NCBI GenBank assembly: GCA_963745075.1
Contig: CAVUWV010000008.1
Location: 160,001 to 224,000, forward strand
Direction: 5' to 3'
DNA length: 64,000 nt
From: Candidatus Hydrogenedentota bacterium
GTDB lineage: Bacteria; Hydrogenedentota; Hydrogenedentia; Hydrogenedentales; SLHB01
Shown in pieces: positions 29,910-40,430 of this stretch. Positions within the stretch are counted from its first letter, which is position 1. Each line of letters starts with the position of its first letter. The notes below the pieces were generated by a model. That model searched no databases. It was not told where the DNA came from and worked only from the letters and a program-made list of their open reading frames with translations. Both the position numbers and the translations under genes were made by a program.

Positions 29910-30383
29910 ATGGCCTTGGAAATTGAGCGAAAGTTTCTCGTGAAACCCGACGCATGGCAACCGCCGGAGCGGTTCAAGAAGTGCAAACAGGGGTACCTCG
30001 CGGTGGGTCCGCCGGTGGCGGTTCGTGTGCGGATCATGGACGGGGTCGGCACGTTGAACGTCAAGACCGCGACCATCGATATTTCGCGCATGGAGTTCGA
30101 ATACGAAATCCCGGTGGAAGACGCGGAGGAACTCCTGCAAGAGGCCTGTCTGGGCCGGATTGTCGAGAAGACCCGATATTACGAAGACCACGCCGGCCGG
30201 CGTTGGGAAGTCGACGTTTTCGAAGGCGCTAACAACGGATTGATCGTGGCCGAGTTGGAATTGGAAAGTCCGAACCAGGAGTTCGAGAAACCGCCTTGGG
30301 TGGGTGAGGAAGTCTCGGGGGATCCGCGCTATCTGAATTCGCGCCTCTGTCTCAATCCCTATACTGCGTGGGCGAAACGATGA
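29910..30383 (+). CDS. CYTH domain protein
   Basis: EIERKFLV, QGYL, EFEYEIP, KTRY, WEVDVFEG, AELEL. Confidence 0.95.
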   Translation: MALEIERKFLVKPDAWQPPERFKKCKQGYLAVGPPVAVRVRIMDGVGTLNVKTATIDISRMEFEYEIPVEDAEELLQEACLGRIVEKTRYYEDHAGRRWEVDVFEGANNGLIVAELELESPNQEFEKPPWVGEEVSGDPRYLNSRLCLNPYTAWAKR

Positions 30384-31858
30384 GTACCGCCGGCGCCGTC
30401 GAAATAGCCATCGAATCCATCAACTTCTACATGCGCAACGTTCGGATGCGGCTGCCGTTTCGTTACGGTAAGGCCTGCCTGGTCGCCGCGCCGCTCTTTC
30501 ATGTGCGGCTGGTGGCGCGAAACGCGCACGGCGCGACGGCGTGCGGCGTCAGCGCCGACATGCTTCCCCCGAAATGGTTTGACAAGACGCCGGATACGGC
30601 GTACCGGCGCAACATCAGCGATCTCATTCTCGCGGCGAAGACCGGCGCGCAGGCCTACCGCGACGTTGGCGCGCAACTGCACACGCCGTTTGCGCTGTGG
30701 CAGGAAGCCTCCGACGTGACGATGGAAGCGGCATCGCTGGTCGGACTGAACGGGCTGACCGGCAGTTTTGGTTCCTCGATTATCGAGCGGGCGCTCTTGG
30801 ACGCGACGGGGAAATTGCTGGATATGGATTTTCACACGATGCTCCACAAGAACGTACTGGACGTCGACCCCGGCGCAATCCACGAGGAATTGCAGGGACG
30901 TTCGCTCACCGACAGCATTGCGCGGGAACCCGGTCGCAGCGTATTTGTCCGGCATACCGTGGGTCTTGGCGATCCCATCCGTGACGTGGACATTGCACCG
31001 GCTGATGGGTTGAATGATGGAATTCCACAAAGCCTGGAATCCTGGATTCGCGACGCGGGCGTCCGCTATTTCAAGATCAAAGTATGTGCCGATCTGGAAA
31101 CGGATTCCGTGCGGCTCAAGGCCATCGCGTCCTTGCTGAACGAAGCGTTGCCGGGAGACTATTCCATTACGCTCGATGGCAACGAACAGTTCCCGAGCTG
31201 CGACGCGCTCGAATCCTGGTACGCCGCCATCGAAGACGACAGCGATCTGCGCAGTCTCCTCGAACGGGTCCTTTTTATCGAACAACCCATCGAACGCAGC
31301 GCGGCACTGTCACCGGATGGCGCACACGGGTTAGACCTCGCCGTCGATCTGCCCCCCGTAATCATCGATGAATCCGACGACGCCCTCGACTCCTTCAAGC
31401 GTGCCGTCGCGCTGGGCTATTGCGGCGTGAGTGTGAAAAACTGCAAGGGCGTCTTCAAAGGACTGCTGAACAAGATGCTCGTCGATTACTACAACGGCGC
31501 CGAAGAGCACGGATACTTGTTGTCCGGCGAAGACCTGTGCAACCAGCCCATCGTGCCGCTTCAGCAGGACCTGTGCACACTCAGCGTGCTGGGGCTTACG
31601 CACGCGGAACGCAACGGCCATCAATATTGTGGCACGCTGGACCACGTGTCGCCGCGGGAATTGGACGGTTGCCTCGACGTGCACGGGAAATTGTACGAAC
31701 CGTTCCGGGACAGCGCGCGGCTGCAGATTCGCGGCGGCCAAATCGACCTGCGATCCCTTGCCCAGCCCGGTTTCGGTATTGGGATCGAAACCGATTTCGA
31801 ACACATGACGCCGCTGGCGGACTGGGAGTACGAGTCACTCGGAATCGACGAAGGGTAA
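30380..31858 (+). CDS. Enolase superfamily (mandelate racemase-like) protein
   Basis: YFKIK, LDGNEQ, FIEQP, IDES metal-ligand pattern; ATGA overlap with CYTH. Confidence 0.8.
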   Translation: MSTAGAVEIAIESINFYMRNVRMRLPFRYGKACLVAAPLFHVRLVARNAHGATACGVSADMLPPKWFDKTPDTAYRRNISDLILAAKTGAQAYRDVGAQLHTPFALWQEASDVTMEAASLVGLNGLTGSFGSSIIERALLDATGKLLDMDFHTMLHKNVLDVDPGAIHEELQGRSLTDSIAREPGRSVFVRHTVGLGDPIRDVDIAPADGLNDGIPQSLESWIRDAGVRYFKIKVCADLETDSVRLKAIASLLNEALPGDYSITLDGNEQFPSCDALESWYAAIEDDSDLRSLLERVLFIEQPIERSAALSPDGAHGLDLAVDLPPVIIDESDDALDSFKRAVALGYCGVSVKNCKGVFKGLLNKMLVDYYNGAEEHGYLLSGEDLCNQPIVPLQQDLCTLSVLGLTHAERNGHQYCGTLDHVSPRELDGCLDVHGKLYEPFRDSARLQIRGGQIDLRSLAQPGFGIGIETDFEHMTPLADWEYESLGIDEG

Positions 31859-31869
31859 CGTGGCGCGCG

Positions 31870-32733
31870 ATGGACGACGAGGCCCGCATACGCGTCGGCA
31901 CGGCTGGGTGGTCCTACGACGACTGGAAAGGGGTTGTATACCCCACTGACATGCCGCGTTCCGTTCATCCGCTTTCCTACCTGTCAAAATTCATGGATAC
32001 GGTGGAAGTCAATTCTTCGTTTTACCATCCTCCGAATCCCAAGCACGGCGAAGTCTGGATCCGAAAGGTCGAGGACAACCCCGCGTTCATGTTCACGTTC
32101 AAACTCTGGGAACGATTTACCCACCAACGGGAACGTTTTCCATCGGAAGGCAACGTCGCCACGTACCGTCATGGCATTGCGCCGGTCGTGGCCGCGGGCA
32201 AGTTGGGCGCCGTCCTGATTCAGTTTCCATGGAGCTTTCGCCGGACCCCGGAGAATCGAAAGTGGCTGGCGCGGATCCTGGACGTGTTTTCAGCGTACCC
32301 CCTCGCGCTCGAAATTCGGCACGCGTCCTGGAATGTTCCGGAAGTCTACGACGGCCTGGCCCAGCGCAAGGTCGCGTTCTGCAACATCGACCAGCCCCTC
32401 TTCACCGATTCCATCGAACCGTCGGACAAGGTCACCGCGCGCGTGGGCTATGTGCGCCTTCACGGCCGCAACGCAGCGGATTGGTTCCGGCAAGACGCCG
32501 ACCGGAACGACCGCTACAACTACCTGTACAGTCCCAAGGAATTGGAGCAGTGGTTGACCATGGTCCGGCGCATGCGCAAACGGGCCAAGGAGATCTTTGT
32601 CATCACCAACAACCACTTCGAGGGCCAGGCCATGGTGAACGCCTTCGAACTCAAGCATGCGCTCGAGGGCAAGTCCCAGCCGGTGCCGGAGTGTTTGGTG
32701 GCGAAGTATCCTCGCTTGCAAGATGTGTGTTGA
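31870..32733 (+). CDS. DUF72 (YecE-like) protein
   Basis: GTAGWSY.DW, TVEVNSSFY, LIQFP, EIRHASW, YVRLHGRN, YNYLYS. Confidence 0.93.
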   Translation: MDDEARIRVGTAGWSYDDWKGVVYPTDMPRSVHPLSYLSKFMDTVEVNSSFYHPPNPKHGEVWIRKVEDNPAFMFTFKLWERFTHQRERFPSEGNVATYRHGIAPVVAAGKLGAVLIQFPWSFRRTPENRKWLARILDVFSAYPLALEIRHASWNVPEVYDGLAQRKVAFCNIDQPLFTDSIEPSDKVTARVGYVRLHGRNAADWFRQDADRNDRYNYLYSPKELEQWLTMVRRMRKRAKEIFVITNNHFEGQAMVNAFELKHALEGKSQPVPECLVAKYPRLQDVC

Positions 32734-32772
32734 ACGCTGTGGACGTGATGGACGATATGAACGAAGACGCTG

Positions 32773-33882
32773 CTATAAGTCTTCGGCCGCGGCTTCGAAG
32801 GCCGTCGTCACATCGGCGAGATGCAGCGTCTGGTTGACGAGATGCTTGACCGGGTTCTTCTTGATGTAGGCCGTGTCCAGCTCCGGTGCGGCGAGGATCG
32901 ATTCTTTGTTGGGCCACACGGCGGTTCCACGCAGGTCGAGCATGGCATGCTTCTCGAAGTACTCGAGCGTAATCTTCACTTCGCGAGGCAAGTCGGATAA
33001 TGCGGCCTGGTCGATGAACCTGCGTTCGGAACACGCGTGAAGCGTGGCGCGCACCGCGCTCACCAGTGCACCCTGATCGATCGGCGACGGGCGGTCGTGG
33101 AGGCAATGGAGATACAGCAGCGCGGCAACCGTCATGGCCACGTTAATCTCGACAAGCTCACTCATCGCTTCCACGAGACGAAAGTCCGCGGCGCGCTGCT
33201 CGGCACGATCCGCGTCGTGCGGCAAATACTGGGGCGGGCCAAAGGCGACGACCGATCGCTTCGTGACGGGGTTGTAACTGCGGGCCATGGGCACGGCGGG
33301 CACATGCAAGTCCGGCTTCCCGCGCTGGGCTTGGGCGAGAAAGAACGTAACGCCGCCCGGCTCGTCGATGCCGTCCCGATACTCCATGAACAACCCCGAG
33401 CGCGAGCGGCTGCGCCCCGGATACATGATGAACCCGTTTCCCTCGCGCAGCAGTTTCACGAAGGGCTTTAACTGGGAGAGCTGCACGTTGTCGCGGCTGA
33501 TTTGTTGGGCGCCGAGCATGCGGAGGAGTTCGTCCACGTCGACGATGCGCAGATTCGGAATGCCCGCGAAGAAATCGTCGCGCATCATATACCGGATTTC
33601 GCAGGACCAGCCGGTCACGCGATTTACAGCCCGGTACATGATGAAGGGGTCGTCCTTCTTGGCGTGGTTCCCCGCGTAGACCACCGGTCCCATGCGAGGG
33701 CAATGCTCGCCGCCCTTCACGAAAAGCGTTCGCGGCCACCCCATGACCCGGTCGAACAGCACGACGGCTTCCGGATACAAATCCAGAAGCGTGGGGCATT
33801 CCCCCAATCCCATGCGGTACCCAAGATAGCGGAGTAACCGCCAGGACACCCTGATCCATGCGTAGAGTTCGAACATATGCAT
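32773..33882 (-). CDS. PlsC-like glycerolipid acyltransferase
   Basis: NHAKKDD (HX4D) and YPGRSRS block. Start at 33882 or 33876. Confidence 0.8.
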   Translation of the reverse strand: MHMFELYAWIRVSWRLLRYLGYRMGLGECPTLLDLYPEAVVLFDRVMGWPRTLFVKGGEHCPRMGPVVYAGNHAKKDDPFIMYRAVNRVTGWSCEIRYMMRDDFFAGIPNLRIVDVDELLRMLGAQQISRDNVQLSQLKPFVKLLREGNGFIMYPGRSRSRSGLFMEYRDGIDEPGGVTFFLAQAQRGKPDLHVPAVPMARSYNPVTKRSVVAFGPPQYLPHDADRAEQRAADFRLVEAMSELVEINVAMTVAALLYLHCLHDRPSPIDQGALVSAVRATLHACSERRFIDQAALSDLPREVKITLEYFEKHAMLDLRGTAVWPNKESILAAPELDTAYIKKNPVKHLVNQTLHLADVTTAFEAAAEDL

Positions 33883-34003
33883 GCGAATTGTAATGATGTT
33901 CCCGCAAGTCGGGCAACTCGACGCCGGCATATCATGTTTTGATTACGTTCGACAGGTGTGTACTCTGTGTGCCGTTGAACGTTTCAGCAGACAATGGGGA
34001 TTC

Positions 34004-34798
34004 ATGGAAACCGCACTATTCGCTTTGGGAATGCTTCTGCTCGGCGCCGGCGTCGGGTTGATCAGCGCCGCGCTGGGGTTGGGCGGGGGCATACTCATGG
34101 TGCCGGCCTTTATCACGCTCGTGCCCGGCATGGACGCGCACACGGCCAAAGGCACGAGCATGTTTATCATTATATTTGTCGCCGCATTGAACACGTGGCG
34201 GCTGAATCGCGGTCACGAGGACCGGCATTGGGACCTCGCCGGCGCCATGGCAGCAGGCTCCATCGTGGGCGGGTACTTTGGCGCATGGGTCACGTCGAAG
34301 TTATCCAACGATGCCGTCATTTGGATTTACATCTTCTTTTTGCTCGCGGCGGCCGTGCGCACGTTCTTCATTAAACCGATCACGATTCAGGCCGAAGAGG
34401 TGCGGCGTCGTAACGGGCTCGCGACGTTCATCGGTCTTGGCGCGGGCACGGTCGGCGGCGGGACGGGCACCGGCGGAGGATTGCTCATGGTCCCGCTGTC
34501 GCTCATGGCGGGAATCATTACGAACGAACGCGTGGTCGCACTGTCGAACACGGTGATGGTGGCGACGGCCACGGCCGGCAGCATCGCCCATGTGACGGCG
34601 GCGAAGACAACGGACTTGCCCTGGACCGTTGGGCAGATCAGTTTCGCGCTGGCGCCGCTGGTGTTTATCGGGTCGCAGATTGCGGCGCCGTGGGGGCAAC
34701 GCGTGGGACGGCACCTTACCCTGCCGCGACGAAAGGTCGTGATGGGCGCACTACTCCTGGTGATCACCGTCCGATTGGTATATCAGGTTCTTGGGTGA
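34004..34798 (+). CDS. TauE/SafE family (sulfite exporter-like) membrane protein
   Basis: LGLGGGILMVP, AKGTS, GTGGGLLMVP. Confidence 0.9.
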   Translation: METALFALGMLLLGAGVGLISAALGLGGGILMVPAFITLVPGMDAHTAKGTSMFIIIFVAALNTWRLNRGHEDRHWDLAGAMAAGSIVGGYFGAWVTSKLSNDAVIWIYIFFLLAAAVRTFFIKPITIQAEEVRRRNGLATFIGLGAGTVGGGTGTGGGLLMVPLSLMAGIITNERVVALSNTVMVATATAGSIAHVTAAKTTDLPWTVGQISFALAPLVFIGSQIAAPWGQRVGRHLTLPRRKVVMGALLLVITVRLVYQVLG

Positions 34799-36227
34799 CG
34801 AGTTCTTCCGTGGTTTCGCGGGTCACGTGAAGAACGGGATAGCGCCACACGACCAACAATCCGAGAAACGCGAAAACTCCCGCCATCGGCCCGACGAGCA
34901 GGATGCCGGTTGGATTGCTGACGGAATTGCCGAAGGTGCTCATGCACACGTTGGAAAAGGCGATGGACAACGCCTGCCCTCCCTTAATGGCCATGGCGTT
35001 GACACCGTTGTAGCTGCCTTCACGACGCCGGCCCGAGGTCTTCTCGTCGAGGTCGATAATCTCGCCAACCATGGGAGTCAGCAAGACGTACTGCATGCCC
35101 TGTCCCAGCCCGCAATACCCGAAAAGAATGGCGCCCATGACGAGTCGCGTGTGCGGTTCGAACGGCAGCACGGCGATGGGATACATCAGGGGCAGGCCCG
35201 TGCCAATGAAGACAAACGACAAGGCCAGTTGCCACTTCACGGGCATGACTTTGCCGAGCAAGGGCATCCCCGCAAAGGCCATGAGCAGCGCTGAACCGAT
35301 GAAGGGGAGCAACATCAGCGTCACGGTGCTCTCGTCGCCACCCAAGCCCACCTCGACCCAGTTCGGCAACACGCGCTGCGTTGCAAGATAGCCGAGACTG
35401 AACAGGAAGATCGCGGCGATATACCGCAGAAAGACGCGATTTTGGAATACCTCGAAGATGTCGCGATAAGCGCCGCGTAGCGTAGCCGGCTTTCGCGCGC
35501 CCCTCTCGGGTTCCCGTTCGCGGACCACCCAGACCACCATTTGAAACGTCGCCAACGCGATCAAGGAAAAGAAAATGGCCGTCCGTTGATAGCCCACGGC
35601 GGAAAACGCCGGCTCATCGCCAATCCCGGTTGATGCATGGCGAGCGGGGTCCAAGAGGTCGATCAAGGTCCCCGAGATTGCGGCGGCGAGGGCGAGCCCG
35701 AGGATCATACCGACGGCAATCCACACGCCGAGTTTGATGCGCGCCTGCTGCGACCGCGCCACTTCGGGCGCCATGGCCAAGAGGGGAACGACGGTGATGG
35801 TGAAAAATGCGAAGTGCAAACACAACATCGTGCTGCCATAAACGAAGTTAAAGAACGATGTCTCTGGAATGGGCGGGTACCAGAAGAAGATCCCGGTGAA
35901 GGTCATCAAAATCGAACCCCAGAAAATGAAGGGGCGCCGACGTCCTCGAATGGGAAAGATACGCCGCCGGCTGGGATTGGTGCGGGTCTCGTCGGACCAG
36001 ACGCCGACGAGCGGGTCGGTGACTGCGTCAAAGAAGCGTCCCACCACGAACATGGGCAGAATCAGGCCGAGAGCGATGTAGATGGTGCGGCCGCCGCCGA
36101 CCGTGGGCGAGTAGAAGTAGTGCCCGAACTGGCTGAGGAATTCGCTGCTGAGTTGCACGCCGATGGCCGAGAGGCAGAAGGCTAACCCTTCGTACCACGT
36201 GAATTCCTTCGACGCGCGTTGGCGCAT
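34764..36227 (-). CDS. MFS transporter, GPH/MelB-like
   Basis: DAVTDPLVGVWSD, GRRRPF, IDLDEKTSGRRREGSY; about 12 TM helices. Confidence 0.9.
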   Translation of the reverse strand: MRQRASKEFTWYEGLAFCLSAIGVQLSSEFLSQFGHYFYSPTVGGGRTIYIALGLILPMFVVGRFFDAVTDPLVGVWSDETRTNPSRRRIFPIRGRRRPFIFWGSILMTFTGIFFWYPPIPETSFFNFVYGSTMLCLHFAFFTITVVPLLAMAPEVARSQQARIKLGVWIAVGMILGLALAAAISGTLIDLLDPARHASTGIGDEPAFSAVGYQRTAIFFSLIALATFQMVVWVVREREPERGARKPATLRGAYRDIFEVFQNRVFLRYIAAIFLFSLGYLATQRVLPNWVEVGLGGDESTVTLMLLPFIGSALLMAFAGMPLLGKVMPVKWQLALSFVFIGTGLPLMYPIAVLPFEPHTRLVMGAILFGYCGLGQGMQYVLLTPMVGEIIDLDEKTSGRRREGSYNGVNAMAIKGGQALSIAFSNVCMSTFGNSVSNPTGILLVGPMAGVFAFLGLLVVWRYPVLHVTRETTEELVTQEPDIPIGR

Positions 36228-36230
36228 TCC

Positions 36231-37544
36231 CTATGCGCCGATATGGGCGCCGTCCGGGATCACGGCATTCTTCAGAACAATGACCACGCCATCGCGGACG
36301 GCCCAACCATCGCCGTCCGAATCGGGAAGCTCGTCCGAACCGCGAATGACGACGTTCTTGCCGATCCGCGTGTTCTTGTCGATGATGGCGTTGACGATCT
36401 CGGTCCCTTCCCCGATGGCCATGGGAATGGAAGTCTGGTATTCGCGCTCGTTTTCGTAAAAATCCGCTCCCATGACGACGCTGCGGTCGATGCGAACCTT
36501 CGGATGCACGATCGTTCGGATGCCGATGATGGATTCCGTAATGGTCGCATCCACGATGTGGGTGCCCTCGCAGATCACGGAATCCTTGATCGTCGCGTTC
36601 TGAATCCGCGCGCCGGGGAGGTAGCGTGGCCGACTGTAAATGGGTTTCCCCTCGGCATGGAAATCAAAATCCGGCTCGGACGCCGTCAACGACAGGCTCG
36701 TCTCGTAAAAAGACCGGACGGTCCCGATGTCCTCCCAGAATCCGCCGAAGACGAAGGATTGCACGTGAAGGTTGTCGAGTGATTTCGGAATAACGTCCTT
36801 TCCGAAATCGATCCAGTCGGGTTGCGAACTGAGAATGGACTCGAGGACCTGCGGTTTGAAGAGGTACACGCCCATGGACCCTAGATAGGGCCGGCCCTCC
36901 GCGTTGATACCGTACTCCGCGAAGACGCTGCCGGGGGTGACCAATCGGTCCAGGGCCTCGTTGGTCGTCGGTTTTTCGACAAACTCAATGATTCGGCCCT
37001 CGTTGTTGACGTTCAGAATGCCGAAGCCCTTGGCCTGGTCGCGGGTCACCGGTAATACCGCCACGGTGATGTCCGCATCCGTCCGCAAATGTACTGACAG
37101 CATCGCGCGGTAATCCATGCGATACAATTGGTCCCCGGAAAGAATGAGATATTGGCTGGCCTGGAGGTGATTGATTTCGCGGAGATGCTTGCGCACCGCG
37201 TCCGCGGTGCCCTGGAACCAGTCGCCGCTCTCGGCGCGTTGTTCGGCGGCAAGAATCTCCACGAAGCCTTTGGAGAAATTGTCGAACTTATAGGTGTTGT
37301 TAATGTGGCGATGCAGCGAGGCGCTGTTAAATTGAGTGAGCACAAAGACGCGCTTGATACCGGAGTGAATGCAGTTACTCAGGGGGATATCGACGAGGCG
37401 GTAGCGGCCTCCGAGAGGCACCGCCGGTTTCGCCCGTTCCGCGGTCAGGGGATGGAGGCGCGTGCCCCGTCCGCCGCCCAACACCAAAGCGATGATCTTT
37501 TCGGTTGTTTCCGCGATGGATGGTTTCTTTTTCTTGGTATCCAT
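36231..37544 (-). CDS. glgC: Glucose-1-phosphate adenylyltransferase
   Basis: LGGGRGTRLHPLT, AKPAVP, WFQGTADAV, FVEKP, SMGVY, WEDIGT. Confidence 0.98.
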   Translation of the reverse strand: MDTKKKKPSIAETTEKIIALVLGGGRGTRLHPLTAERAKPAVPLGGRYRLVDIPLSNCIHSGIKRVFVLTQFNSASLHRHINNTYKFDNFSKGFVEILAAEQRAESGDWFQGTADAVRKHLREINHLQASQYLILSGDQLYRMDYRAMLSVHLRTDADITVAVLPVTRDQAKGFGILNVNNEGRIIEFVEKPTTNEALDRLVTPGSVFAEYGINAEGRPYLGSMGVYLFKPQVLESILSSQPDWIDFGKDVIPKSLDNLHVQSFVFGGFWEDIGTVRSFYETSLSLTASEPDFDFHAEGKPIYSRPRYLPGARIQNATIKDSVICEGTHIVDATITESIIGIRTIVHPKVRIDRSVVMGADFYENEREYQTSIPMAIGEGTEIVNAIIDKNTRIGKNVVIRGSDELPDSDGDGWAVRDGVVIVLKNAVIPDGAHIGA

Positions 37545-37622
37545 AGTCGCCGCCTCTCTCGCGATAGCCGGAAGCCACCACATTCGTTGTTCCGCAGGAA
37601 TCGACGGGAGGGCGCACTTCGC

Positions 37623-38531
37623 TTAACCGTGCCCGAAGGATCTCCCACCGTATATGATCGCGATGCTCGTGAGACCCCACAAAAGCACCGTAATCAGCAG
37701 CGGCACGTCGCGCAACAGCGTTCGGCTGGGGTCGCCGCCGCCGCGTTTATGATGGACCAAATAGAGGTAACGGAACAACCCGTATACCACGAATGGAAGC
37801 GAAAGATAGAGTTTGTCCGTGCCGGTTCGTTCCACAACTTCCGGGGAACACGTATAGATCGTGTAAGTCAGCAGCGTGGCGCCCGCCAGAATCATCATGA
37901 GCGAATCCAAGTACGGCACCGTGTAGTGACCCAGGACTTCGCGATGGCGGATGGCCTCGGCGTCGAGCAGGCCGATCTCGCGACGCCGCTTCCCGAGGGC
38001 GAGAAACAGGGCGAGAAACAGCGTGCACACCACGAGCCAGTTCGTAAACCGCACGTCGAGCACGACCGCCCCGGCGATGCCGCGGATGGCGAATCCCATG
38101 GCGATGGCGATGACATCGACCAGCATGATCTTCTTGAGCGCGAAGGAATAGAGCAGGTTGAGCACCAAAAACCCGATCACGGTCAGGCAAAACTTCGGAT
38201 GCAGCGCGTATGCCGCAAGCAAACTCCCGACGGTCAGCGTCACCAGCAGCGCAACCGCCGCGGGAATGGAGACAACTCCGCTGGCGATGGGCCGGGAACG
38301 TTTGTCGGGGTGGGCGCGGTCCTTTTCCCGGTCGAGGATGTCGTTCAACACGTAGACCGCGCTGGAGGCCGCGCACAGGACCACGAACGCCGCCACGCTG
38401 CGCAGAATCTGCTCCGGCCGGGTCAGTTCGAAAGCGAACACCAACGCCGCGAAAACGACGAGATTCTTGGGCCATTGGTAGACGCGCAAGGCGCTGGTGT
38501 AGGACGCAAATATGCTCGGGTGTGTATTCAT
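37623..38531 (-). CDS. UbiA-family decaprenyl-phosphate phosphoribosyltransferase-like protein
   Basis: QWPKN, YVLNDILD..DRAHPDK.RPIASG, KRRRE. Confidence 0.9.
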   Translation of the reverse strand: MNTHPSIFASYTSALRVYQWPKNLVVFAALVFAFELTRPEQILRSVAAFVVLCAASSAVYVLNDILDREKDRAHPDKRSRPIASGVVSIPAAVALLVTLTVGSLLAAYALHPKFCLTVIGFLVLNLLYSFALKKIMLVDVIAIAMGFAIRGIAGAVVLDVRFTNWLVVCTLFLALFLALGKRRREIGLLDAEAIRHREVLGHYTVPYLDSLMMILAGATLLTYTIYTCSPEVVERTGTDKLYLSLPFVVYGLFRYLYLVHHKRGGGDPSRTLLRDVPLLITVLLWGLTSIAIIYGGRSFGHG

Positions 38532-38663
38532 AACGGCGCGGCATTCTCCCCAACGAATGAGGATCAAGTCAAGAAACCCGGTGCCCGGCGGGTTCGTTGA
38601 TCTTTTCCCGCCCATCCAGTAGCGTGGACGGCGGCGTGCGAAATCGAGAAGTGGAGAAGCTGT

Positions 38664-40430
38664 ATGGACGAATCGCTGGGGCAGTCGCTGGCCGGTTTTG
38701 ATGCCGCGTTGCGCCGCTTGCGAACCGCCTTGTCCGCCGATCCCGCGGTGCGGGAGACGGTGTTTGCCGATTCCGATGAATGGGCGAACCTCCTCGCGTA
38801 TAAACTCGTTCCGCACATGGCGGGCGAAGGATGCCTTATCGCCGCGGTCACGGGTGGCACCAATACCGGAAAATCCACCGTCTTTAATCTGCTGGTCGGC
38901 CGGGACGTCAGCCCCATGACGGCGACGGCGGCCGCCACGCGACGCCCCGTGCTGGCGGCCAATCCTTCCCGCGCCGCGGAATGCCTGGAAGGCAAGCTGG
39001 TCCCCGAGTTTCAACCTCTTCCCTTAATGGACCCGCAATCGGCCGTGGCGCGGGATACGCCCGAGGACGCCCTGTATGTGGCCGAAACAGACCGGCTTCC
39101 CGAGCGGCTCGTCCTCCTCGACACGCCGGACGTGGATTCCATCGAGCGCGAACACTGGCTCGTGGCGGACAACATCCGCGCGGCGGGGGACGTGCTGGTC
39201 GCGGTGCTGACCGGCGAGAAGTACAAAGACGACCGCGTGGTGGCGTATTTCCGGCAAGCGGCTGCTTCCGGGCGGGTGGTCGTGCCGGTCATGAACAAGG
39301 CGAACCCCGAAGATGACTACGCCGTGGCGCGCCGGCAACTCGAGGAATTTCGCGCCGACGTGCAATGTGACGGGCCGGTCTTCGTATTGCCCCATGATTT
39401 CAGTATCGCGAAGAACCTGGACTATTCCATTCAGTCACTGGATGGCGAGGAGGCACTGGGCGCATATCTGCTGGGTCTCGATGTCCCCGCCATCAAGGAG
39501 CGGGTCTATCGATCCACGGTCGATCATTTCATCGCCCGGGCGGAGACATTTCTCGAACACGTAGATTCCGTGGGCGGCGTGTTGCGCTCCGTCGCCGACG
39601 AGATGGCCGCGCGCGCGGAGAGCTACTCGCAGCGCTATGACCCCGCGCCGGGCAGTGAAGTCGGCGGGCTGTTCCACGAATATGTCCAATCGCGCCGGGG
39701 CGCCGTGTTTCGATGGATTGGCGATGGGAGTAAAGTGGTCGTCCGGGGTGCGTCAGCGGTGGGGCGCACCATCCAAAACGCGTTTCGCCGGCGCGCGGTC
39801 CTGGAAGCACCACCGCAACGGCAGACCGACAAGGAAATTCGCGACACCCACGCGCGGTCCATCGAGCGCATCACACGGGATCTCGCCGCGGATTACATTG
39901 AAACCGCGCGCAATTTGCGTGAACCGGCCGCCCACTTGGTCGAGGAACCGCTGAACCAACTGAACGTCGATGAAGCGATGGACGCGGTGGTCAAGCAGAC
40001 CCTGCATTCAGAAAGCATTTCCGAGGAGTTTCGCCGTCACGCCTACAAGATGCTCGATACCTGGTGGGAGGATCACAAGGGTAGACGCCGCATCCTGGAG
40101 GCGTTGGACGGTATTCTGGCAGTCACACCGGCGGCGATTGCCGTGCCCATTTCGTTGCATACGGGTGGATTGGGCGTCGCGGAGACGGTCGTGGTTGCGG
40201 GACCTATCGTCGAACAATTTGTGGCGCGCGTGATCGAGTACCAGTTCGGCGACGCGCTGTTCGATTTCCTGTCGCCGTGGCGCGCGGAACAGCGGCAAGC
40301 GCTCGAGCGGGCACTGCTGGACCGCTTGACGAACCCCGGCCTGCAGCGGTTGCACGAGACGCTGGAGCCCTTGGAGGGAGAACCCATGGCGGAACTGAGG
40401 AGGTGGCTGGAATCGTGTCGCACAGCCTGA
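38664..40430 (+). CDS. Dynamin-like P-loop GTPase A
   Basis: G1 GGTNTGKS, G3 DTPD, G4 NKA; helical stalk; C-terminal hydrophobic Gly/Ala segment. Confidence 0.8.
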   Translation: MDESLGQSLAGFDAALRRLRTALSADPAVRETVFADSDEWANLLAYKLVPHMAGEGCLIAAVTGGTNTGKSTVFNLLVGRDVSPMTATAAATRRPVLAANPSRAAECLEGKLVPEFQPLPLMDPQSAVARDTPEDALYVAETDRLPERLVLLDTPDVDSIEREHWLVADNIRAAGDVLVAVLTGEKYKDDRVVAYFRQAAASGRVVVPVMNKANPEDDYAVARRQLEEFRADVQCDGPVFVLPHDFSIAKNLDYSIQSLDGEEALGAYLLGLDVPAIKERVYRSTVDHFIARAETFLEHVDSVGGVLRSVADEMAARAESYSQRYDPAPGSEVGGLFHEYVQSRRGAVFRWIGDGSKVVVRGASAVGRTIQNAFRRRAVLEAPPQRQTDKEIRDTHARSIERITRDLAADYIETARNLREPAAHLVEEPLNQLNVDEAMDAVVKQTLHSESISEEFRRHAYKMLDTWWEDHKGRRRILEALDGILAVTPAAIAVPISLHTGGLGVAETVVVAGPIVEQFVARVIEYQFGDALFDFLSPWRAEQRQALERALLDRLTNPGLQRLHETLEPLEGEPMAELRRWLESCRTA

